From NCBI GenBank assembly GCA_963727255.1, contig CAVSFC010000002.1:704001-768000 (forward strand): a DNA stretch of 64,000 nucleotides, written 5' to 3'. A program made the position numbers and the translations under genes. Source of the DNA: an uncultured bacterium. Its GTDB lineage: Bacteria; Babelota; Babeliae; Babelales; Vermiphilaceae. The notes under the pieces were generated by a model, which searched no databases, was not told the origin of the DNA, and was given only the letters and a program-made list of their open reading frames with translations. Below, piece by piece: positions 45,187-55,398 of the stretch; the first letter of the stretch is position 1; every line of letters begins with the position of its first letter.

Positions 45187-45854
45187 TTATCACCATTGAT
45201 GGGCCAACGGCAAGTGGCAAAACAACGATTGCGCGCATTACTTGCAAAAAAACTAGGATATTATTATCTATCTTCAGGATTATTATTCCGCGGACTTGCC
45301 TATGTGCTAGTGCATGATTTTTTATATACTCCCGAACAGTTAAAAAATCCGCGTGAACAGGATATTGCAAAAGCGCTTGATCCCAATAATCTTGTATACT
45401 CATATGATGCGCAGCAGGGCGAACAATTAATAGTTCAATGGCAAAAATATTACCAGTGAACTGCGCAGCCAAGCAATAAGCCAATATTCATCAATTATTG
45501 GCACCAATGCGATGATTCGCACAGCACTTGCGAGCTGCAACATCGGATTGCAGATCATTATGATTTGGTTGCTGAAGGGCGCGATATGGGTTCAGTAATC
45601 TTCCCCAATGCGCAGATAAAATTTTTTCTTACCGCATCTCTGGATGTTCGGGCTGCGCGTTGGCAAAAAGATCAAATCGCTAAGAGGAAAAAAATCAGCT
45701 TAGAGGAAGCGCGCAATGAGATAAAAATACGTGATGAGCGGGATATTAATCGAGTATTGGCGCCGCTCTGCGTTCCCAGATGGCGCCATTATTATCGATG
45801 ATTCAGATCTGTAATCAACAGCAGGTGCTCGAAAAAATGATGCATTACGTATAG
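45183..45854 (+). CDS. cmk: Cytidylate kinase (frameshifted)
   Basis: ITIDGPTASGKTT, SGLLFR, VAEGRDMGSVIFP.AQIKFFLTAS, RDERD.R..APL. Confidence 0.9.
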
Positions 45855-45861
45855 AAAAAAA

Positions 45862-46125
45862 TTAAAATTCATTCTCGAGTTCTACTAATTTCTTCATCAT
45901 CATCAGCATCATTCTTCCTGTTCGGCAATGTTTTTTTGATATGAGCGATTGCTTTTTCGTGGTTCTTTTACCACACAAGAATCATCGCAGGTTTGCATGG
46001 GGAGCATGGTCTGGCATGGTTTACATTTTTCTAAGCATCCGCCCCAGCAGCAGCCAGGGACTATAACAGAGTAAACATCAAGGCACAATGCCTTTACAAA
46101 TGAGAAATATACTTAGATTCATCAC
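45862..46125 (-). CDS. Small Cys-rich lipoprotein, OmcA-like composition (frameshifted; absent from ORF track)
   Basis: AAGGAG RBS; reading across indels gives VIVPG|CCWGGCLEKCKPC.PCSPCKP..DSCVVKEP and an acidic tail ending ELENEF. Confidence 0.6.
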
Positions 46126-46269
46126 TGTGTAACTCCTTTTATTTTGATGGTATACATTCAAGTTAAGGAGTGTGCATGCGGTGGAAGAAATAAAAGCTTA
46201 GCGCAATAAAAATAGAGAGCCTTGGTAATGCCGGATAGGCATCCCAAGACCCCCGTTGATCTATAGCAC

Positions 46270-46587
46270 TTATACAGCGCTACATTTTTCGTTAGTTAAT
46301 GCGGTTACCTTGTTCATCGAAGCAACCTTGGTAAATAGGTAATGCTTCATGAATTTCTTCCTTGCCTTCGCAAGGGACATATTCAAGGTGGCAAACTTGC
46401 TTATAGAAACCAGGGTGGTCGCAAGTTTTACGGATTTTAACCGGCTCTGGTTGTAACTTACAGCCAGTATTGCATATGTACGTTCTAGGAGCGCATGATT
46501 TCTTGCAGCATCCGAAGCCAAAGAGGTTAAAGAAACGAATATTAACATAACGACAGCGATACGCGCTGCATTAATGAAGGTCTTCAT
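46270..46587 (-). CDS. Exported Cys-rich protein, paralog C (frameshifted)
   Basis: AAGGAGAAGGT-ATG; DNA nearly identical to paralog A core (CKLQPEPVKIRKTCDHPGFYKQVCHLEYVPCEG...GCFDEQG in shifted frame). Confidence 0.75.
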   Translation of the reverse strand: MKTFINAARIAVVMLIFVSLTSLASDAARNHALLERTYAILAVSYNQSRLKSVKLATTLVSISKFATLNMSLAKARKKFMKHYLFTKVASMNKVTALTNEKCSAV

Positions 46588-46872
46588 ACCTTCTCCTTTA
46601 GTTAAAGGGTTATAGAAATACACTTTCTACTATCATAATAATCAATAAATTGTATAAATTTCAACAGTTTTAATTCACATTAGAAATGAAATAAATGGCA
46701 AATTGCGTACTAGGAGGGCTTAAGAGTGATAAAAATGTTGAAAAATGCCGCTAAAATAAGGGTTTTTTTGCCCAATTCATGGATCCGACCCTTACTCAAC
46801 TGGGGTATCTGACCTTGAGTTGCCCTACCAGTGACGCTTTAGCGGTCAATGGGGGTTGGAGGGTAACATAAT

Positions 46873-46899
46873 AAAGAACCCTGCATTGCTGCAGGGCTC
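46873..46899 (-). terminator. Putative terminator of Cys-rich paralog B
   Basis: ccctgca-ttgc-tgcaggg hairpin with A-rich flank. Confidence 0.5.
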
Positions 46900-46930
46900 A
46901 TATTTCTATAGCGTTTGATCGGTCTGTCGA

Positions 46931-47315
46931 TTATCGGCCATATGAACATGGAACTTCAACGTCAATCTTAACGTCTTGGGTAAAAGCATTTCCGTTTGTG
47001 CGTGAAATAACTTCTGCCGCCGCCGCTGATTGCTCTACCTTGTTCATCGAAGCAACCTTGGTAAATTGGGTATGCTTCATGAATTTCTTCCTTACCTTCG
47101 CAAGGAACATATTCAAGGTGGCAAACTTGCTTATAGAAACCAGGGTGGTCGCAAGTTTTACGGATTTTAACCGGTTCAGGTTGTAATTTACAACCGGTAT
47201 TGCATTTTGCTTTTGGAGCGCATTCTTTCTTGCAGCATCCACCAAAGCCAAGCGGTTAAAGAAACGAACAATAAATAACAACAGCGATACGCGCTGCATT
47301 GATGAAGGTTTTCAT
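46931..47315 (-). CDS. Exported Cys-rich protein, paralog B (frameshifted)
   Basis: Same RBS and start, same core DNA; distinct tail TQDVKIDVEVPCSYGR. Confidence 0.75.
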
Positions 47316-47524
47316 ACCTTCTCCTTTTAATAAAAGGGTTATACAAATAATTACTATTCTTATTGTAGAAGAATAGGTTGAAAAAATTGCAACAATTTAA
47401 TTCAATTAGAAATTTTATAATGCGAGTTGTGTACGATTTATCGTAAGTTTTTTAGTTGTTTTTAAAGTAAAAAGAGAGCCTAACAGTTGCCTGTCAGGCC
47501 CTTAGATATCGAAAAAAATGAGGC

Positions 47525-47944
47525 TTACTTAACCATCATATTGCGGGTAGTAGCTCTAGTACCCTTAGTATATGTAGCTTAGGTACTTGTACTTGGATAT
47601 CTACGTCTTGGGTACGCATTTCTCCGGTAGATTCATCGAACTACCATTACAATTGCATTACCTTGTTCGTCGAAGCAACCTTTATAGATTGGCATCGCGG
47701 TATATTCTTCAACCTTACCTTCGCAAGGGACATACTCAAGGTGGCAAACTTGCTTATAGAAACCAGGGTGGTCGCATGTTTTACGGATTTTTACCGGCTC
47801 TGGTTGTAATTTGCAACCAGCTTGGCATTTTGCAGTAGTTGCTTTTGGAGCACATGTTTTTTTGCAACAATCCGCCAAAGAAGTTAAAGAAACGAACAAT
47901 AACGTAACAACGAGGATACGTATTGCATTCATGAAGGTCTTCAT
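47525..47944 (-). CDS. Exported Cys-rich protein, paralog A (core intact; tail frameshifted)
   Basis: MKTFMNAIRILVVTLLFVSLTSLA|DCCKKTCAPK...GCFDEQG; tail PEKCVPK...NMMVK in another frame ending 47525. Confidence 0.8.
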
Positions 47945-48110
47945 ACCTTCTCCTTCGTAATGGGTTAAATAGAAAAACACTTCTACTAACATCCTAGAGA
48001 ATTAAGAAGGGCGATTGCAATACTTTATTCAAATAGAATTTAAATATGTTGAAAAATGCGCTAAAATATTGTGTTTTTGTTGTGTCCCGGGCAAAAAATC
48101 TGATTAATGT

Positions 48111-50513
48111 TTAATTCTTTTTGGAAGATTTTTTCTTGATTTTTGCTTTGGCAGCATTTAAGGGAGATTTCTGAAATGACGCAGCTAAAACATCATCCAT
48201 CGTTGTTGCATACACAATATTTAAATCTTTCAAATCGATTTCTTTGCTAATTTCTTGAATATCATCAAAGTTTTCTTGCGGAACAATAACCTTTTTAATA
48301 TGGTGTTGCTTTGCCGCAAGCAATTTTTCTTTCAATCCGCCAACAGCAAGTACGCGGCCTTGCAGAGTAATTTCACCAGTCATAGCAAGATCGGGCAAAA
48401 CAGGATTTTTTGTGAGCGCGGAAACGATCGCCGTGCAAATCCAATACCGGCAGAAGGGCCATCTTTGGGAGTGGCACCTTCAGGAATATGGATATGGATA
48501 TCTTTGTTTGAATAAAAAGACTCTTTAAGCCCAAGTTGCGAAGTGCGTGAACGGATATAGCTCAATGCTGCATGCGCAGATTCTTGCATAATATCGCCCA
48601 ATTGGCCGGTGAGCGTTAACGCCGCCTTTTCCCGGTAAAACGGTTGTTTCAATTTCAAGAACATCACCACCCATTTCTGTCCATGCAAGCCCGGTAACAA
48701 TGCCGACTTTATCTTTTTGAACATTAAGGCTGGTTTTTTTATAGCGTGGATTGCCGAGCCATTCTTTAATAAGCGGTTCAGTAATGGTAATATTTTTTTG
48801 TTCTTTATCCTTTAAAAGGCCCTGAATAGCTTTGCGCATAAGCTTAGCAAGAGTGCGTTCAAGCTGGCGTACTCCGGCCTCTTTAGTGTATTGCGAGATA
48901 ATAAGTTGGAGCATCTGATCATTAATGCCAAATTGCTTATTGTAAGGCCATATTCTTCAAGATTTTTAGGGATAAGAAAGTCTTTTGCAATTGCGATTTT
49001 TTCAGGTTCGGTATAGCCCGAGAGCGAGATCACTTCCATACGATCAAATAATGGATATGGAATACCCTCTAAAGTATTGGCAGTCGTGATAAACATCACT
49101 TTTGAAAGATCATATTCAAGATCTAAAAAGTGATCAACAAAGGTTTTATTTTGTTCTGGATCAAGCACTTCAAGTAGGGCCGATGCAGGATCGCCATGCA
49201 AATCTCGGCTCATTTTATCAATTTCATCAAGTAAGAATAACCGGATTAATCGTTTTGGCCTTTTTCATTGCTTGGATAATTTTACCGGGCAAAGCACCAA
49301 TATAGGTGCGGCGATGGCCACGAATTTCTGCCTCATCTTTGATTCCGCCCAATGAAATCCGCACAAATTCACGGCTTAAACTATCGGCAATTGATGATGC
49401 CAAAGAGGTTTTGCCCACTCCCGGAGGCCCAACTAAGCAGATAATAGGCGCGCGGCTCATAGTTTTTGAAAATTTTTTTGCAGCTAAGAATTCAATAATC
49501 CGTTCTTTGGCTTTGAGAAGCCCTGCGTGCCGTTTATTGAGAATTTTCTCTGCCTGTGCAAGGCTGATGGTATCTTTGCTGCTTTTGGTCCAGGGCAACG
49601 AAAGGATCCAATCGACATAATTTCTGCTTACGACTGCTTCAGAAGAAAGGGGAGGCATTTGTTCAAGCCGGCGAAGTTCTTTATCAACTTTTTCTTGTGC
49701 TTCTTCAGAAAGCCCGAGCGTTTTTGATTTTTGGCGTAATTGAGCGATTTCAGCGGTCTGATCTTCGCGGCCAAGTTCTTTTTGGATAGCTTTGATTTGC
49801 TCAGTGAGATAATATTCTTTTTGGCTTTTTTCGACAGATGTTTGAATGCGCCCGCGAATGCGTTGTTCGGTTTCAAGAATCTCAATTTCTTTATTAATGA
49901 ATGAGCAGAGGGTAAACATGCGTTGCTTAAGATCGGGCGTTTCAAGAATCGCTTGGCGATCATCAAATGAGAGATTTTTAATCTGAACCGCGATGGTATC
50001 GGTAATATGATCCATTTCTGCGGGAGTTTTTACATTTGCCATCAAATCAGCAGGGATTTTTTCATTGAGTTTTGCATATTCAGTGTAAAGGGTTTTAAGT
50101 TGGCGCCATAATGCTTCAAGCTCAGTTGTCAGCTCCGCGCTGGTGGTCGGAATATCTTCACAATATACGGCAAGGAATCCCAGGCTGTGATCTGCTTTAA
50201 TCATTTTTGATCGGCAGATGCCTTCTGCCAGCAATTTTAGAGAGCCATTAGGCATGCGCATCACTTGGAGGATTGAAGAGCGGGTGCCGAAGGGAAATAC
50301 ATCATGTTCGGTTGGTGTCTCTATTTTTGCATTTTTTTGAGCAGTAATGAAAATTGACTGATTATTCTTTAATGCAAATTCAACTGCATCAATAGAAGTT
50401 TGCCTGCCAACAATGATAGGAATAATACTTTTAGGAAGTATTACTACATTTTTTAGGGGAAGAAGGGCAAGTTGGGTGCCTTGTTCTTCCGCATGAGTGA
50501 TTTGTTGTTCCAT
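48111..50513 (-). CDS. lon: Lon protease (frameshifted)
   Basis: N-domain [10 protein letters not shown], Walker [54 protein letters not shown]. Confidence 0.96.
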
Positions 50514-50869
50514 AGTTAATGCCCCATATAAATTTTAATGCCACAGTCTTTATATGAAAGTATAGCAAAAATAAGATTTTTAGCCACTTAATTTTAATTA
50601 TTTGAGTCTTGTTCACTAAGATTTTTTAGATTTTGATAATAAGGGCTTTCAGGGGAGATTTGAAATATTATCAGCTTCTGGGTATGTAATAGATGAAAAG
50701 CTAATCTTTACAATAGCTTAAAATTTTCAGAAAGGGCTTCTAGGTAATAGTATTGGGAAGTTACCACTATATTTGTTTTTACAAATGATTAATCTTTTGT
50801 TACTATCGTAACGTTGTTTGTAGTCGTTTTATTATTACTTTATTTCTTCTTGTTAAAGGGTTACACACT

Positions 50870-52249
50870 ATGCAAGCGAAAGCTTCTAATCCTATTACTT
50901 CCTTTTTGAAAGCCTGGTTCGGCGATTTTCAAAAGGAAGAGCTCAAAAAATTTCTTAAATTGGGAGCAATTTTTGCTCTCGTTATTGGGGTCTATTGGAC
51001 ATTGCGTCCACTCAAAGATTCCATTTTTAGTTCAATCGTAGGAGTAACCTACCAGCCTATGGCTAAATGGGTTTCTCTTATCGTATTGTTTCCACTCGTG
51101 ATCATTTACAGCAAGTTAGTTGATAAATTTTCGCGTGAAAAGCTGTTCTATGTGATTGGCGGTGCCTATATTATTGGTGTTATTATTTTTGGTCTCCTGT
51201 TTTACCACTCCACGATTGGTCTTGCAAATACTAGCGTTGATTCTACTCGACTTGTTGGTTGGATGTGGTATGTGTTTGTAGAAAGCTATGGTTCAATCGT
51301 CGTTGCTTTATTCTGGGCATTTGCGGCAGATTTGGTAAGCCCAAATTCTGCAAAACGTGGATTTCCCTTGGTAGTTATGTTTGGCCAATTGGGTGCAATT
51401 CTTGGGCCTAAATTCCTCACTCCATTGGGTAAAAATGTTTTTGGTACTAGTGCTCCAACGGTATTGATTTGCGGTGTTTTAATTGCGATCATGATGCTTG
51501 GCGTTTACCTATTCATGAGAACAACCCCAAAGAGTGAAATGGTAGGCTATCACAGCCATGATAAAGGGGCGGCAAAAGAGGTTGAGCCAGGTTTCTTAGA
51601 AGGCTTAACGTTAATGCTTACGCAGCCATATTTGCTTGGTATTTTTGCAGTAATTGGTATTTATGAAATTATTATTACCATCATCGATTACAACTTCAAA
51701 TTCTTGGTGTGCAATGAATATGCCACTGAAACGGCACGTTCAGCATATCTTGGTGACTATGCAGTTTGGGTAAACGTAGTATCATTCCTCTGCTTGCTCT
51801 TTGGTATTAGCAATATTCAACGTCGTTTGGGTATTAAAGTATCATTGGTATTGATGCCATTCATCGTTCTTGCGATGGTATTGAGCTTTAAAGCATACCC
51901 AGTGGTGCATGTGCTTTTCTGGATCATGGTTATTGCAAAAGCAGTAAACTATGCATTGAATGGCCCTGCATTGAAGACGCTCTATGTGCCTACCAGCCAT
52001 GATGTGAAGTATAAATCTCAAGCATGGATTGAAACATTTGGTTCTCGTGGTTCAAAAGCTGCTGGATCAGGTGTTAATATGCTGCAATCAACCTTTACTA
52101 AAAAGATGGGTGTTGAAGCTGGTCTAACTGCCTTCATCGCATTCTCATCCTATCTCTCATTTGGATTGATTGCTGCATGGCTCTTGGTGGCGCTCTATCT
52201 TGGCAAAACGTATGAAAAAGCGGTTGAACAAGATAAAGTTGTTTGTTAA
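50870..52249 (+). CDS. Nucleotide transport protein (TLC/NTT ATP/ADP translocase family)
   Basis: 12-TM; LRPLKDS, FWAFA, AKRGFP, YALNGP...LYVP, KYKSQAWIETFGSRGSKA. Confidence 0.9.
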   Translation: MQAKASNPITSFLKAWFGDFQKEELKKFLKLGAIFALVIGVYWTLRPLKDSIFSSIVGVTYQPMAKWVSLIVLFPLVIIYSKLVDKFSREKLFYVIGGAYIIGVIIFGLLFYHSTIGLANTSVDSTRLVGWMWYVFVESYGSIVVALFWAFAADLVSPNSAKRGFPLVVMFGQLGAILGPKFLTPLGKNVFGTSAPTVLICGVLIAIMMLGVYLFMRTTPKSEMVGYHSHDKGAAKEVEPGFLEGLTLMLTQPYLLGIFAVIGIYEIIITIIDYNFKFLVCNEYATETARSAYLGDYAVWVNVVSFLCLLFGISNIQRRLGIKVSLVLMPFIVLAMVLSFKAYPVVHVLFWIMVIAKAVNYALNGPALKTLYVPTSHDVKYKSQAWIETFGSRGSKAAGSGVNMLQSTFTKKMGVEAGLTAFIAFSSYLSFGLIAAWLLVALYLGKTYEKAVEQDKVVC

Positions 52250-52270
52250 GACGGCATAATATGATATCTT

Positions 52271-52310
52271 AAAAAAAAGAGCCTTCCTGATATTCAAGAA
52301 GGCTCTTTTT
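52271..52310 (+). terminator. Rho-independent terminator
   Basis: aaaaagagccttc...gaaggctcttttt. Confidence 0.8.
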
Positions 52311-52406
52311 CTAAATGGGGTCTTAAAAAAATGGAGTGGTAGCGAAGTCTGGGTAAATTACTAATGCATTAGAGCGGGTTCTCCGCTGAGTGAAGGGGAA
52401 ATCTCT

Positions 52407-53822
52407 ATGAGGTTGAGGGTTGCCAATCTCTTTAAAGCGTTATTTAATGTTGAGCCACATGAACGTCTTAAATTATTGCTCCTAACGCTTACATTTTTCT
52501 GTGTTATCGCTTCATACACTATTATCAAAGAATTAAAAGATTCTATTTTTGTCGTAATAGTTGGAAAATCATATATTCCCTATGCAAAATATGCCTCAAT
52601 GATAGTATTGGTACCGGCAATTTTGCTTTATTCCTTCTTAGTTGATCGTTTGCGCCGTTATCATCTTTTATATGTCTATAGTATTTTCTATGGCATATTG
52701 GGTTTGGTTTTTGCGCTTCTTGCTTAATCATCCGGTTATTGGTCTTGCCAATACTGATTCAAGCCCCTATCGTATTTTTGGATGGCTTTTTTATTTCTTT
52801 GTTGAAGGGTATTCCCCATTTATGGTGAGTGTATTTTGGGCATTTGCAAATTCAGTAACAGATCCCGAATGAAGCGAAGAAAAATTATGGGCTGATGGTA
52901 TCTGGATCCAAAGCTCGGAGGAATGTTCAGTGCCGGATTGGCATGGATGATTTTAAGCCATTCAAATCCATTAGCTGCATACATTAATTCTGATATTGCT
53001 CGCCATCAATTATTGCTTGCCTATTCTTCGGTCATGGTGCTTGCGGTGCCTTTTGCTATTATGATGCTTATGAAAAATGTTTCTGGTAAATATATGCATG
53101 GCTATGAGGCTGCTTATCAGGTTGAAAAAGAGCGAAGAAAAACAGGAGAAGAAAAAACTGGCCTTTTTGCGGGACTTCAAATGTTTATAAAATACCCGTA
53201 TTTATTGGGTATTTTTTGCATGGTATTTTTTTATGAAATTATCAATACCGTATTGAATTATCAGAAGGTTGGTATTGCTCAGGCTAATTCATCATCAGTT
53301 GCGGATATCAGTAGCTTTTTATTTCAAGATTATTTTTTGGACCCATCTTATTGGATTCTTGATATCATTGTTGGGTACCAAAGACTTTAATGAATAAGCT
53401 TGGGCGAAAGGCTTTGCCTGCTTTTGATTCCCGTGGCTACCGGCTTGCTTCTCTTTTACTTCATGTTTAACTATACACCCTTTGGCTTGCTTTCTATCCT
53501 TATTATTATGCGGGCTATAAACTATGGCTTTAGTTATCCGGTACGCGAGAGCCTCTATATCCCAACGGTTAAAGAGATTAAGTTTAAGTCAAAATCATGG
53601 ATTGATGCCTTTGGTAGCAAATTTGCCAAGACCACCGGGTCTACCTTTAATGTTTTTGCTGAATATTTAGGGGAAGCGCTTATTTTCACTGCCTACGGTA
53701 TCTTTTTTGCCGGAATTATTGGGGTCTGGGTAGTGGCTGCCATCCTGCTTGGCAAGCGGTTTGAGAAGGCGGTTGCTAAAAATGAAGTTATAGGGGCAGA
53801 GAAAGAAGAGAAAGTGGCCTGA
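52407..53822 (+). CDS. Second TLC/NTT nucleotide transporter (frameshifted)
   Basis: IKELKDS, FWAFANS, NYGFSYPVRESLYIP, KFKSKSWIDAFGSKFAK. Confidence 0.88.
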
Positions 53823-53960
53823 TTTTATTGCATTTCAGGCCCGTTTTGTTACACTGATGGCTAATAATTAATATTGTTCACTGTCTCTTAATCAAGGGTG
53901 GCAAGTAGCATTGAGCTAAGCCTAAGAGTTCAGTATTCATAACCCTCAAGGAAAATAACC

Positions 53961-54887
53961 ATGGCAGATAACAATCACGATCTTTTTTTGAATCATTAAT
54001 TAAATCCGGTATTCACTGGGGACACCAAAAATCCCGACGCAATCCTAAGATGGATCCGTATATCTGGGGAAACAAAAACGGTGTGAGCTTAATTGATGTT
54101 TCAAAAACAGCACATCAATTAGAAAAAGCAGCAAAATTCTTGGAATCAGTTGCAAGCGAAGGTAAACAAATTCTTTGGGTAGGAACTAAAAAGCCTGCGC
54201 AAGATATAATTTTAGCAACAGCAACATCACTCAATATGCCCTATGTAACCCATCGTTGGATTGGTGGTACTTTGAGTAACTATTCTCAAGTAACAAAATC
54301 AAGAACCAAGTTGTTGCATTATGAAGATGTTTTGGCTCGTGCTGAAAAGTTTCCTTTCTATACTAAAAAAGAATTGAACGTAATTCAAAAAGCGGTTGAA
54401 CGGCTTAAGAAAAACGTTGGCGGTATTCGTTCGCTTACGTGGCCGGTAGGCGCAATCGTATTGGTTGATATTCTCAAAGAGCGTTCAGCTTTAAGAGAAG
54501 CTGCTCGTATGGGAGTTCCTGTGGTTGCATTGGTTGATACGAATGCGGATCCATCATTAGTTGATTATGTGATTCCTGGCAATGATGATGCGCCTCGTGC
54601 AATTAAATTAGTTATTGAAAAATTAGGTGAAGGCGCGGCCAAAGGTGCTGAAGTTGCAGAAACTAAGCAGATTGAAAAAGATGCTGCAGAATTTGCAAAC
54701 GCCAAAAGAACAAGTTGATCTTACCTTCATCGAAGTTGGTGGCGAAGAAGAAGAAAACGCTAAACGGCGTGCGCGCCGCACCGAAGGTGCCAGCGGTCCA
54801 CGTAAAAAAACCTTTGAAGATGATGCAAGCAGAAATAGAGCTCGCCGCCCTATGAGTCGCCCTGTCAAGAAAGCAGGACAAGAGTAA
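53961..54887 (+). CDS. rpsB: 30S ribosomal protein S2 (frameshifted at both ends)
   Basis: GIHWGHQKSRRNPKMDPYIWG, VGTK, RWIGGTLSN, VDTNADP..VDYVIPGNDDA. Confidence 0.95.
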
Positions 54888-54919
54888 AGAAGGCTCTTGG
54901 GCCACTAGATTTGATTCTT

Positions 54920-55008
54920 GGAGAGATGTCTGAGTGGTCGAAAGAGCACGATTGGAAATCGTGTATGTCTTGAAAAAGGCATCGAGGGTTCGAATCCCTC
55001 TCTCTCCG
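54920..55008 (+). tRNA. tRNA-Ser(GGA)
   Basis: ggagaga/tctctcc acceptor stem, cacga-ttGGAaa-tcgtg, long variable arm, GGTTCGAATCC; followed by CCT, not CCA. Confidence 0.96.
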
Positions 55009-55227
55009 CCTACGTGGGTGGGGCTTCGAACTGGGCTACGGCTTCGCATGGCGCGGCCAGTCTTTAGCGGAGTTCATCTAAGCAAGTTTGCGAGTCGAAG
55101 GCGTGGCGCAGTACTTCGAGGAATTAATTTGGAATAAAAGATTAAGAGTACGTGCGAAGGCTGATGTCCGGCTAAGGAGTAACTACTTTAGTAGTTGATA
55201 TTAACAAAGTGAAAACGAAGACGGACT
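55009..55227 (+). repeat. tRNA-linked structured repeat, copy 2
   Basis: Shares cttcgc.tg.cgc.g.cca and tgcgaag.ctg..tccggc.aag.ag...ttgatattaac.aagtgaaa.cgaaga with copy 1. Confidence 0.65.
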
Positions 55228-55269
55228 GGAACACAAACAAAAAAATTGAAAGCGTAAGCTTTCATATTA

Positions 55270-55362
55270 AATAAGGGAAGTAAATAAAGGTAAGTCGCAG
55301 AATCTGTCAGGTCCGAAAGGAAGCAGCAGGGGTGATGTAATCTTGTATTTATTTCCCTGTCT
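55270..55362 (+). ncRNA. ffs: Signal recognition particle 4.5S RNA
   Basis: Domain IV tcaggtccGAAAggaagcagca in a long hairpin (agggaagtaaata/tatttatttccct); directly upstream of dnaX. Confidence 0.9.
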
Positions 55363-55398
55363 TGTATTAAAATATTTTTACCGGCAATGGTGCCATTA

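Noticed and set aside
46270..47299. ORF-track translations containing SRLKSVKLATTLVSISKFATLNM
   Set aside because: Shifted-frame readings of the Cys-rich core; the intact paralog A gives the correct frame
47633..47944. Multiheme cytochrome or RiPP precursor array
   Set aside because: No CxxCH motifs; Sec-type signal rather than a RiPP leader; no modifying enzymes or transporter adjacent
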